A stretch of 64,000 nt of DNA, taken from NCBI GenBank assembly GCA_051362555.1, contig CM120644.1, positions 17,816,534 to 17,880,533 on the forward strand, written 5' to 3'. The stretch comes from Lingula anatina (Eukaryota > Animalia > Brachiopoda). Under the pieces are notes generated by a model. That model was not told the origin of the DNA, did no database searches, and was given only the letters and a program-made list of their open reading frames with translations. Below are positions 52,601-64,000 of the stretch, piece after piece; positions within the stretch are counted from its first letter, which is position 1; every line of letters begins with the position of its first letter. A program made the position numbers and the translations under genes.

Positions 52601-55600
52601 CTCTCAATGTCAACATATATATATAAACACGTAGGATTCATCGCCATTGATGTAGTTGTACATTTATTCACTACTCATCATTTGTTGTTTGTCCAGGCTT
52701 CTCAAATTTAGATTGTCCAGGCATCATAAATTTAGATTGATCCATCTAGTTCAACCTAACTCCCTGGGGGTTCATGCTAAATTGCTGTCAGTCAAGCACG
52801 CACGGTAGTTAATTACCCCCTTACACCTTTTAGTAGTTGGGACAGACATTTAAGCCAGCTAAGCTGACAGTAATCTAGTGAGACTCCCCACAGGGAATGA
52901 TCGACCTAAAATCTGTGGGAATGGGGTCTAAGAAAAATGGCCCAGCTCTTGGAAGTTGACATGTCTCACTACTGCAGTGACGAGGATAAGATTGCAGCAG
53001 GATAAAAGAGCTGCTTTAGGCTGATGGGTTTTGAGTATAAATTGATGGGCCAAAATAGCTGTCGTAAAAAGAGATAAGTGGTTTTAAACAGAATGTCTGT
53101 CAGTGCCATGTAGTCTTCTAAATGCGGCCCCTAGTTAAATGGGTGCTTAGCATGTCCCCCCATTGTTAAGTACACTGTACATGATAAGGGAAATTTTGAT
53201 ATGGTCTGTGAAATAACCCTTTTTACTTAGGTGCTCTTTTGACACCAGAAAAAAAAAAGTAGATTCCACCTCAGATTTGTGTTGTGTCACTGTTTACACA
53301 ACAAATTTAAAGATGGGCATCGCATATGGGTCACCAGATAGACGAAATAACTACAGACATGCATTTTTGGACATGGGTTAGCCTAAACATACATTCAGTC
53401 TAATTAGGGCTGATATATGTACTAGTAGGGTATTCTTTACTGGATTCATTCAAGCGATGAAAGTGTGACTGTACTAACTGGAAGACTGCATGGGGTGGAA
53501 GAGTTATCCCACAATTCTCCGTGCAAACCTATTTTCATGAAGCTTTCACTTTTCCCTTAATACATGTAGTCTGTGCTAACTTTAACCTTAATTATAAAAT
53601 ATGTATCTAATTGTTTTTTATTTATTTATTTATTTTTTTACCATATAATTTATATGGCAATTTATACTAGAATGTTTATCGGTATAATTTTCAGCGTTTT
53701 TTTTTTTTAATAACAAATTATTTTTTTCACATGAATTATTTATATTAAGTCATATATGTCTACAGATATGAAGATTTAACTTTTTGGTATTAAAAATTTG
53801 CTCCATAGGCCTTTGGAATTGTTAACTTGTGTTAAGATAAAAAAAAAACTGTGTACTTGTATTTGGACATGTATTTTATATCTTTGCATTGGTTGAAAAC
53901 TCTCACTTGGTGAAACAAGATTGGAGCAGATATCCGGTGTGTTATATTGTGTTTTGTTACTGATTTCACTTTTTAAAAGTTTTCTGTTTATGTATTTATT
54001 TGTTAGTTTGTTTGTCTGTTCGTTTTGTTTTTGTTTAATTGTTTTTTTTTTCTTGTTAAAAAAAAAAACCATTTTAAACTTGGGGTGTGTCTCTTACCAC
54101 AAAAATTCATTAATATAGACTGCCTTCTGTTTGCTCCAGTTTTATCCTGATGATTCCTACCCTTTCCGCTTTTTACTGAAATATTCAATAAACCTTACTA
54201 CGTACCTTATGATTTTAAGCAAAAGTTTTAATAAAATGTCATTTTTGTCCCCTCCTAATAATTCACTTGTTGTGAAATAATCCCGTTTTCTCAGGCTTGA
54301 ACCACTTCTTGCAAGAATTAAGGAAAAAACAGATGCAGTCTTGGTCCCGGACATCGATATGATAAGCTCGGAGACTCTCCAGTACATACCCACTGGCTCG
54401 GGCAGTGTCGGTGGCTTCTGGTGGAGTCTGCATTTCTCCTGGCGTCCCATGCCAAAACGAGAAGCCGTCAGGCGGAAGAGTGAGATCGACCCTGTCAGGT
54501 AAAATTGAGGCCACGCCATGGGAAGTGATCTGTCCCCCAAAAAAATTTGGTGGTGTGGTTTATGTATGGTAAATGCAGGTATTATATGGCCAAGCTTCCA
54601 ACTGGGGTAAATCAACGAGCTCAAAAGTAAAAAAAGCAATTCAGATTGAAGCCAATTTCGTCAAGATGTTCAGGGAACACTCTCTCTGGTCATACGTTTC
54701 CTCGAAGTTTTGCGAGCTTTGTGAGCTGGCTGTTCTCCTGAGTGATTGGGATATTTTCAATGTCAATATTTGCGAGTGAAGAAACTTTGGAAACATCTGG
54801 ATGAAGTGCTCTATAATTCTAATTCAAAGTTGGGAAGTTTTGTTGTATAAAACCTGCATGAAAACAATAATGCTTATGAAAAACAGACTACATCAAAATA
54901 AAAGGACCAAAAAATACGTTTTCTTCCTCCCTGTAGGTTGGAACCTCTTCTGGCCCGAATTGGCGAAAATTCCAGCCGCATTCTTGTCCCTGGAATAGAT
55001 GCCATTGACTCAGAAACATTAGAATACTCAAAGAATGGGGGAATAGCAGTCGGCGGCTTCACTTGGAGCCTTCATTTTACTTGGAGCCCCTTTGTGCCAA
55101 CGAAATGGGAGTTGGATCAAGGGTTTGGCAAAGAATGGCAACCTCTTAGGTAAACTATTAGGCTGCGTTCCCATAAACCCATCAGACTAGCTGGATCGAT
55201 CTAACTCTGTGGGGATTCTCGCTAAAGTGCTTTCAGTGTAATCAGCTTAATTGTTTGGCACGCTCCCTTGAGTAACTAGGGGGTATTTATGTTTATTCCA
55301 CCCTTGCAGCTTGAGTAGACATGCCAGACATTTAAGCTGTTCACAATGAATTCCAGGGGCGGATTTAGGCCATCTTCTGGGTCTTCTGGAAGACGGTCAG
55401 ATTTTCAAGTTAACATTGATGGGTATCTAATTTTTTCTGTCGGAACACTGTGAAAAATGGAGGATGGATCAACAAAGATAATTTGGAAGACTGTCAGAAA
55501 ATATTTCTGGATCCGCCCCTGAATTCAATTTAGCGAGAATCCCTGCAGAGTTAGATCAATCCAGCTAGTACGCTGGGTTTATGGGAACACTCCCTTAGGC

Positions 55601-58600
55601 TCATTTTACACAGATATGTCCCTGTAGATCTCCTAGCCCATTTTTGTATGAACGTAATGATTGCATGGCTCGTTCAGGTGCACGCTGACATCGTGAACTC
55701 CCTGGACTTAAGGAAGTGTCCTACGTATGCCATTTCCAGTTGAGTTACTGAAACTGTGATTGTCATGGAGAGGATTATGGTGGGTTAAAGAAAAATCACC
55801 ATAAAATTCTCTCTGAGTTTCTTTAGCATGGTGTGGATAATGATTTTTACAGCTGATTTAATTCTTATTCACTGCATGCAAATAACTTCTCTTCTCCATA
55901 CTAGAATCATTGACATGTTGATCAATTTATTCTGTTCATTAAAATTTTTGTTTGTTTGCTTGTTTTCACAGAATGATTTATGGGTACAAGTAATTCACCT
56001 TTTTTTTTTTTTTTTTTTTTTTAATGTTTTGCCCAGTAGACATCTTTAAGCATGTTACAATAACATTAAGTAAACTCTGTTTTCTATAGTCTCTCTGAAG
56101 GATCTGGTGCAGGATGGGTGTACAAGGGGTTCATCTTAAGTTGCATTTAAATTGAAGATCGCTTGACCCTTCAGAGCTCGACGTTAAATTTTATGACCAC
56201 CATAAAACTGACCTGTCCCAATATGAATCCAATAAATTTTTTTCCATTCATACTTGTCAGTGAACTTTGTAAACTAATATACCTGTATGTAAACAAGAAT
56301 GTGTTACTAAGATTGTTCAACAAAATAACAAAAATGCCCCCTGTAGTGGATTTATTCTGAGTTGAAAAGTTTGTTTTTTGTACCTGTAAACTCCTTTAAA
56401 CTTTACCCTGGGCAAACTGATATGCACTGACTTTGTACATGATACCATGAGTGAAAGAGAAATTAAATTTTTTTAGGAATGTTATCATTTTAAACCCTTA
56501 AACAGCCAACAAATGTTATACCATTTAGGCTGTGTTCAGAAAAAAAGTTATCCTAGGAGCAGGATTTATCAATCTCAGCAGGGACTCTTAATAAGGCGTA
56601 GCTTAATTGTCTGGCACACCCCCTCGTAAGTTAAAGTACTTGCCATGGGTAAAGTATGGTAAACTTTGTGTTCCGTGATATTGTTCACGTTGCTTTGCGA
56701 GGGGGCCTGCCAGACAATTAAGCTGATTACATTCACTGCACCTTGGCAAGAATTCCAGATGAAATAGATCAATCCTGCTAGTATGGGGTAATTCAGAATG
56801 TGAAGATCTGAGTGCTAACTGGTCCACGGCCTAAATATGGCAGACCTACTTGCAAGGAAGACCACTTAATCCTGTAATGGTCTCTATGCCTTTCACACGC
56901 CTCCCCACGCATCATCCCTTGACCGATCGAATTGAGACGAGATTTAATTACTGTGCCCCTGCAGGGACGATGCGTGAGGAGGTGTGAAAGAGGTGGAGAG
57001 ACTTTTAAGCTGATTACAATAATTGCACTTAGGGAAAATCTTTTCCAGAGTTGGATCCAACCAGCCTTTTTCTTCTTAATATTCTATTTGTTTACTGTCG
57101 TCTTTTAGCAGTGACAAGGAAAAGAAACAAACTTAACTGTGTAGAAAACTTTTTTGATCGTACAAAATTTGTTGCTTATTAAGTTGACCATGAAAGCTAG
57201 CCAGCAGAGCTACTTAAAGAAATATAAAGTAAATGTGAATTAGAACTGGACATGAGTAGTGGACAGAGTGACCGACTTTCCTGAAAACCCCAGCAGTAAT
57301 TGAGAACAAAAGAACCATACTTGGTGGGAATCTCACACATTTGAATGAATGCTTTTCCTCTCAAATACACACATATTTCACTTGTGTACACATAAAGGCA
57401 AAGCGATTGTTGTCATATATCGACTGGTCACAAAAAATGTGACACTTAACAAGTTCACAAAAAATACTCCGTCAGAGGGAAAGACCTTTTCTTTAAAGTA
57501 GAGTTCAAGGAGATCCTGCTAGCAGATAGACAGTTCATGTGCATTGTAAGCTCCTGCAAACCCAGACAGCATAATTGCTTCATTTACATGAAGGAATATT
57601 TGGATGTTTACCTCAGTGAAGTGGTCACTCTGACCCCCCCACCTTATGTAAAAATCTCATGCTGAATCAGTCCCAGCTACTCGGCCTTTCGTCATAACTG
57701 GGTTCACATACCTAGATCGATCTAACAGGATCGATCCATCTCCAAGGGGTTTCTTGCTAAATTGCTTTGGGCTTAACCAGCTTAGATGTCTGGCACGCCT
57801 ACTGAAGCTGCTGAACAATGATTAATTACCCCCTAGCAGCGTCAGTAAGCATGACAGACATCAGAGCCGCTTAAGCTGAAAGCAATTTAGCAAGAATCCC
57901 CTTGAAGATAGATCGATAAGCAGTTAGTACGATAGGGTCTGGGAATGGTCCCTAAGACAGCTACACAGTTAACCCCATTTGAACTCCTTACAGGTGCTCT
58001 CAATTTAAACAGGTCTGGTCATAATGACCCTGAAATGACCAGCTTGACAAGTAATGACCCAATGGACATATAATACCAAAAAAGGTGAGCAGACATTGGC
58101 TCAGTGCCTGTTTTCTTAAAAGGCAGTTGAGTCTTATCTCAATACCTTTAGTTCTACCTATATTAGATGATCATGATGTCCATCACAGTGAAAGGGTCAT
58201 CTTGGCCCAAATGGTTGTTATTAAAAAAAATTGTGAAGCCGGCCTTCCCAAAAGATTGCTGTTGTCCTATATGTAGGACAGCCTCTACCTCTCTCTTTTC
58301 AAAAGCAAATGGTGACACAACATAAATTTTTAAGCAGGGGCAGATCCAGAGATATTTTCTGACAGTCTTCCAAATGATCTTTGTTGATCTATCCTCTATT
58401 TTGACTTTTTTGACAGAAACATTAGATACCCATCAATGTAAACTTGAAAATCTGACCTTCTTTCGGAAGACCCACAAGACGGCCTAAATCCGTCCCTGTT
58501 TAAGCTATAAAAGATTCCACTTCTGCATCATTTTGCTCTAGATTTTTCATCGAAATAAACCTCTTCAAGGTTGAGAAGTGGATTTGAAGCTCAGAAGGGA

Positions 58601-61600
58601 TAGCACTGTGATATAATGCCCAATGCCACAACCGCTTCAGTTTCAACTTCTCAATTAATTTCCTCATGGGAAAGTTTAGAAATAAATGTTTGTAGAGTAC
58701 ATTTCATGCCAAGGATAATTGGATTATGTTAGTTTAATTCAATTCATTCCTGTGCATCTCTACATAGATTATAATGACTTTTTACTATATAATATGAATT
58801 GATACTTTTAGCACATTACCATTACGTTATTGGTGTTTGCATTACCAGAAAACAAGTAAATATACTATGATTAGAGACTGACAAGAAAGGGCAGATCAAT
58901 GATAATAATAGTAATCATAGAATCTATAATGTCTCTCATGAAATTCCATCTTGCAATTAAGAGACCGTAAAAAGGGGAGACAAATTACGGGGTGAGCTAT
59001 AATTATATGGACCTAAGCCGTAATAAATTGATATTAGAGGCAGGGGGGGACGGTGTAGTTTTACTGGATGAAATGATACACACAGTTGTGTAATCCAATC
59101 ATCCTTGACCAAGTGCGTGCCAGACACTACAATGACTTGAACTTTTCAATAAAGCAAGATGTGGAGCGATCTTAATGGGTATCATATTACATGTACCGTG
59201 GTGCTTCAGCCAACTTCAGGAAAAGTCAAGGGCAAAAGAAAGTGGAGCTCTGTTGTACGTCTGTTAATTTTGATTTTGAATTGGCTGAGAGGAAGTGAAA
59301 CCCCCTGTAGCATACCGTAATTCCATGATGTGTTGGGACTATTCGAATTGATGCCCTATTGTGCTGCACTGATCAAAGTGATAAGGGCCTATGGCCGCAT
59401 TCCCATAAAAAACCATCAGCCTGTGTAGATCAATCCTACTCTGCGGGGGACTCTCGCTGAGTGTAATCAGTTTTAGTGAATGACACACCTCCTCCTGGTG
59501 TTAAGTAGAATACATAGAAGTTGATATTATGTATAAATGTATGTTGGAATAAAAGAGGAGGCATGTCATTAGTTCAGCTGATTGCACTCAGCGAGAGTTC
59601 CTGCTGAGCTGGATTAATTTATGTAGACTGGCATTGTCCGAGGGACTTGGACCTATATGACCGGTTTCACAAAATGAGTGACACTGAAATTAAAAAAAAA
59701 AAAAAACTCATTTGTCATACTAGCAAATCATGCTAATTTGAGCTCTATTGTATAGCTGTAAATTATGGTTTTAAATTAACTTATTACGTTTTACTTTTGA
59801 TGTTGAAAGTTCACAGAACTGCCCTGGCATGCCCCTCAGAGCTGCCCTGGCACGCCCCAGACCTTTTGTTAAATAACAACCTTTAATTGGCCCACAGGAC
59901 AGTGTGGTCATTGGCTAATTTGACATTTAAGCCAATAAAACATGTCCAACTTGTCCGAATTGACAATGACCGGTGAAAAATGCATGCAAGCTGCCTTTTA
60001 TACCAGGGAAATGGGTGTCATCATCTGTGTTTAGTGTGACAAGCTGTTGAGGTGTGGATGTCCCATGGATACGTGATCCAAACTTAACAATAGATATGAA
60101 AAAAAACTGGACGTATTGAGATTGAATGCCATTTTGAATTCTTCGTAGCTTGTTGTCCACCACACACAGGGGAGGGTATTTATGAAGGCACTGTGTCAGC
60201 TTTAGCCTGTAATATTTTGACAGATGCATACAAAAAATAATAGATTAGCTTATAGCTAGATTTCAAAATTGCTCCACAGGTGGGCCGTGTTAATCTTTCA
60301 GTCAAATGTTAATGACTGCAAAATGTCCCTGAGGTAAAAGAGGGATTAGCTGTGTCTGACTTATGGCCGATTTTGGGAGCTACAAATATCATTGGCCTAG
60401 GAGGCCCGCCTCTTCCCCACCCTATATTTTCTGACTTTGTCACTAAATTGCAGCCTCTACTCTGGTAAAACTTTAGGGTACTGATGTTGACCACATCTTT
60501 TGCATTTATTTTCTGAACCCAACATCTCAATTTTTTTCATAAATTTCGAGAAAACCACATGAAACCAAATCTAATTTCAGGCCCATTTGGGGGTGGGGGG
60601 GTGGGGTGGAGATTTCAAACGAACTGCCTTTTTTGCTGCTTACATGAAAGTTTCATGGGGAAAGGTCCACTTTTTTTAGAAAGAGACTCCTTCCCCCTCC
60701 CCTCCCCCCCCCTCTTTAGAATGGCTGTCTTTGGACCTGAACTTCAAACCAGTCTTAATAAAGCTCAATTTACTTATGCCGAAACCTAAGGGGCCTTGAG
60801 AGAGGGGAACGTTAAGGCACGTCTGGTGGGGGGGGGGGGGGGGGGGGTGAGATGTTTCCTGCACTGGACATAACACCCACATCTCTCAATTTCAGTATGT
60901 CATGACTACTTGATTGGAATAAGTTTATTGGCCTCCCTTTTAATATTGAGATAAGGTAGAAAAACTTTGAGAGCATTGCTGTTCTTGTTTATGCCTGGTA
61001 ATGTACCAGGTCTGGTGGTTATAGGTTTATTGTTTATGCCTGGTAATGTACCAGGTCTGGTGGTTATAGGTTTATTGTTTCAGTGACAGCTGAAAGACAT
61101 TAAGAATGGATTCAAAAAAGAAATTTTTTGTAGGACATGAAATACTTGGCTGAAAAAGTTAATAAACTGATAAATAAATTTAAAAAATGGGTTAGATCAG
61201 CAAGAGTTTAATGGTGAAACACACTCTCATCTAGTGCAATGAAAATGGGGAGACATGAGCAATTGTTTGATCACATTTCTTAACATTATTGTGAAAAAGT
61301 CATGTTTTCCAATGGTCAGAAGAGGTTCCTAATCCTAATATGTAATAAATTAATCGTTAATCCTAATATGTAATAATATGGAAATAATTTGAAAGAGAAA
61401 TATATGCAACCTGTGTGTACCCTATGTACAGGCACAGGGAGAGAAATGTTGGAACAAAATAAAAATAATTTCAATTACTTTTCCTAGTTTTGGTTTCTGA
61501 CAAGAAATTTTCAGTGTCTTTTCACTCTTTAAGTCTCGATGAGTAGATATATACTTCCAGTTTTTTTTCAGGAAAATTCTAGAAATGTGTTAAATACATG

Positions 61601-63746
61601 GTGTTAGTTTCATTTCATCCAATGGCCATTGCTAACAGAATTTGCTTGATTGATTCCAATTATGTTCCCCCTGTACCTTTTATCTAACAAAAATTTACCA
61701 ATTATAAACTGTAAGACCCCATTCCCATACCTAGATCGATCAAGCAGGGTCAACCCATCTGCGAGGGGTTTCTCACTAAATTACATTCAGCTTAAGCTGC
61801 TCTGATGCCTGGCATGCCTACTGAATCTGTTAGGGGATAATTAAATATCATTTACTCACTTCAGTAGGCTTGCCATACATCTAAGCTGCTTAATCTGAAT
61901 ACAAATTAGTGAGAATCCCCTCAGAGATGAGTCCGTCCTGCCAGATCGATCTAGGTATGGGAATGGGGTCTAACAATAGATTTGATGCGCTAGCTTGATA
62001 ATTGTATCGTTATAATTTATATACGTGTTACTAATTGCAGAATCTACTAATTTACCTCTAAAAACTCACATTTTTTATTTATTTCAAGATATGTAACATT
62101 ATTGAAAGAGGAGATGGATAAGACATTCTTAAGATTTAAATTGATATTTAAGAGCCAAATAAATTATTTTTATTACATCTTATACCACTGCAGTTGATCA
62201 TATGTTAGTATATTCTCTTCTTCAGCAATATTGTCCAAGTTAATCTGACTTTTTAAACAGAATAAAGGATGAGGTTATTTTTTATGACTTTACATGATAT
62301 TTTTATCATTCAGTCTTGGGCAAAAATGTTTTAATTATTAGGCTACTAGTTATATGCCCCAAACATAGACGTAAAAAACAGACAATTATTTGTTTAAATT
62401 AATTGTCATGTTGTTCCCTGACAGAAACCCTATAGGTTCCTATAGGAATAGGATCATATAGGTTTTTTCGGCCTATTTCAATATGACTCTCTATAGGAAA
62501 TTTCTTTTAGGGTAACATAGATGCATCTTGTGCAGTCTGTAAAGTTTCTTATTATTCATTTTATTATCATTATTATTATTATTTTATTTGAACTGATAGG
62601 TGATCAACATATTTTTCTATTGCCAGATCTCCCACAATGCCTGGTGGTTTATTTGCAGCTGATCGCAAATATTTTTTTGACGTCGGTGCCTACGATCCAG
62701 GAATGGATGTGTGGGGAGGCGAAAATTTAGAAATCTCTTTTAGGGTGAGACTTGGATTAATATATTTTATTACAATAAATACCTTATTTTCCTCCTTGTT
62801 CTTATATGTGCAATTGTATGCTGCTTAGGGGATGCTAAAATAAAGTTCAATATTGAAAGTTTATGAAACAGTTTGTTATTTTATGTGGACAGAACTTTTT
62901 TATAACTTTGGTTGGGCTGAGGTCATTGAGGATTGCATGTTCTTTGTAATATTTTGCAATTTTGACACTTTGATTAGCTTGAAGTAATTAAGAGGTTGTG
63001 TTTACTGTTCAGGTCTGGATGTGTGGAGGTAGCCTTGAGTTCATTCCATGCTCAAGAGTAGGTCACATTTTCCGTTCCAGTCATCCTTATACATTCCCAG
63101 GTAAGTAGATTATTCTGTCACAACCAACACACTGTCACAACCAACACAATGGTACACCCAAAACAATGTCACACCAAACACACTGTCACACCTAACACAC
63201 TGTCACAACCAACACAATGGTACACCCAAAACAATGTCACACCAAACACATCATCACTCCTAACACACTAAATCATAACTCTTTTTCAAACCTTACACTG
63301 TAACAACCAACAAACTACCACATAGATCTATGACACACAGTCACTCCTTAAATAATGTAGAAAAAAAGATACAAAACTTATATACAAAAGTCATGGACAC
63401 CATGATCCTTACACTGGCGGTTCAAGGAAAACTGTCATCGTCATTCCAAAAATGGTACAATCAAGCAGATTTTCGAAATGACCTGTATTTTCCTAACATT
63501 GATCACCCCTGATTTTCTAGACAATAGGCCTATTGGTTTTTCTTGAAATATATTTCACAGAAAATTGTAATTAAGGACACTAAACTATAAGTAAACTAAG
63601 ATCCTAAGATATCTGAACAGTTCTAATGTTTGCGTTTCTATCTTTCAGGTAATAAAGACACTCATGGTATAAACTCTATGCGGCTGGCAGAGGTGTGGAT
63701 GGACGAATACAAGAGATTATTTTATATGCACAGAAGAGATCTGTTG
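49679..63746 (+). CDS. GALNT: Polypeptide N-acetylgalactosaminyltransferase (GT27), 3'-partial; exons 49679-50028, 50248-50414, 50684-50861, (54295-54498 or 54937-55149), 62627-62744, 63013-63100, 63649-63746
   Basis: Type II TM anchor, [43 protein letters not shown] (DxH), [32 protein letters not shown]. The NKDTHGINS segment recalls the invertebrate pgant1/gly-9 group (from memory). Confidence 0.95.
52728..52928. mobile_element. PIF/Harbinger-type MITE, left end eroded, reverse orientation to 28158-28372
   Basis: Ends gtgggaatggggtc|TAA; internal sequence matches the reverse complement of the 28158 copy. Confidence 0.6.
54295..54498 (+). CDS. GALNT: GALNT alternative exon 4a
   Basis: ctcag|[69 protein letters not shown]|gtaaaa; 204 bp, phase 2-2. 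Confidence 0.9.
54937..55149 (+). CDS. GALNT: GALNT alternative exon 4b
   Basis: tgtag|[72 protein letters not shown]|gtaaac; 213 bp, phase 2-2. Confidence 0.88.
55161..55594. mobile_element. PIF/Harbinger-type palindromic MITE interrupted by a hAT-like MITE
   Basis: TIRs gttcccataaaccca...ctagctggat / atccagctag...tgggtttatgggaac; TTA on both flanks. Confidence 0.78.
55354..55521. mobile_element. hAT-like MITE (nested)
   Basis: Perfect 11-bp TIR CAGGGGCGGAT/ATCCGCCCCTG; AATTC duplicated on both sides. Confidence 0.78.
57697..57952. mobile_element. PIF/Harbinger-type palindromic MITE
   Basis: Homologous to 61715-61970; ends gggaatggtccc|TAA. Confidence 0.65.
58335..58498. mobile_element. 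hAT-like MITE, reverse orientation to the 55354 copy
   Basis: CAGGGGCAGAT...ATCCGTCCCTG with a 6-bp TSD TTTAAG. Confidence 0.75.
59392..59654. mobile_element. Diverged Harbinger-type palindromic MITE
   Basis: ttcccataaa start; actctcgctgagtg pairs with cactcagcgagagt. Confidence 0.5.
60987..61080. repeat. Perfect ~45-bp tandem duplication
   Basis: tgtttatgcctggtaatgtaccaggtctggtggttataggtttat occurs twice. Confidence 0.85.
61715..61970. mobile_element. PIF/Harbinger-type palindromic MITE (best-preserved copy)
   Basis: TAA|GACCCCATTCCCATACCTAGATCGATC...GATCGATCTAGGTATGGGAATGGGGTC|TAA; 27-bp perfect TIR. Confidence 0.85.
63115..63250. repeat. AC-rich minisatellite in a GALNT intron
   Basis: ctgtcacaaccaacaca-type units nested in a larger duplicated unit. 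Confidence 0.75.
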
Positions 63747-64000
63747 GTTAGTTGTTGATCTGCTGTTTTATAAATAGATAGATAATAGACAGATAAATTT
63801 ATTTTATAATATAAATGTAAATAGAAGTAGATAAATATTACTTATGGAGGATAACCCAAAAAGTGTAAACACTTATTTCATTGTGGTCTTCAATAATAAT
63901 AATAATAATAGTATTAATAATAATAATAATGATAAACAACTTGAAGTGAATGTATTATTATAACAGTGTTTCATGTAGAACATGGCAGGTAAAGCAGCAC

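Noticed and set aside
54157-54639. 160-aa minus-strand ORF
   Set aside because: Antisense shadow of GALNT exon 4a.
54937-55149. Exon 4b as part of a separate second GALNT gene
   Set aside because: No other duplicated GALNT exons were found between 50862 and 62626; only this exon is doubled.

Overview
AT-rich, intron-containing eukaryotic DNA, probably from a marine invertebrate (inference). Spliced models read by hand from GT/AG sites and reading frames give five genes. (1) The 3' half of a RIG-I-like receptor helicase (+, <1-21991). (2, 3) Two tandem paralogous minus-strand genes encoding a farnesoic-acid-O-methyltransferase-like (Methyltransf_FA) domain plus a PAN/apple-like domain (30505-31730, frameshifted; 33060-36524). 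(4) An 8-exon F-box gene (+, 43212-47540). (5) The 5' part of a polypeptide GalNAc-transferase (+, 49679->63746). The GALNT carries two homologous, same-phase exons in its catalytic domain that look mutually exclusive. A decayed copy of one of them sits about 49 kb upstream in the 13-kb RLR intron, fused to the head of a nested array of Helentron/DINE-like elements. The window also holds a 2.6-kb element with perfect 30-bp TIRs, a 7-bp TSD and an internal higher-order tandem repeat, plus Harbinger-type and hAT-type MITEs. All family assignments come from motif recognition; no database search was run.
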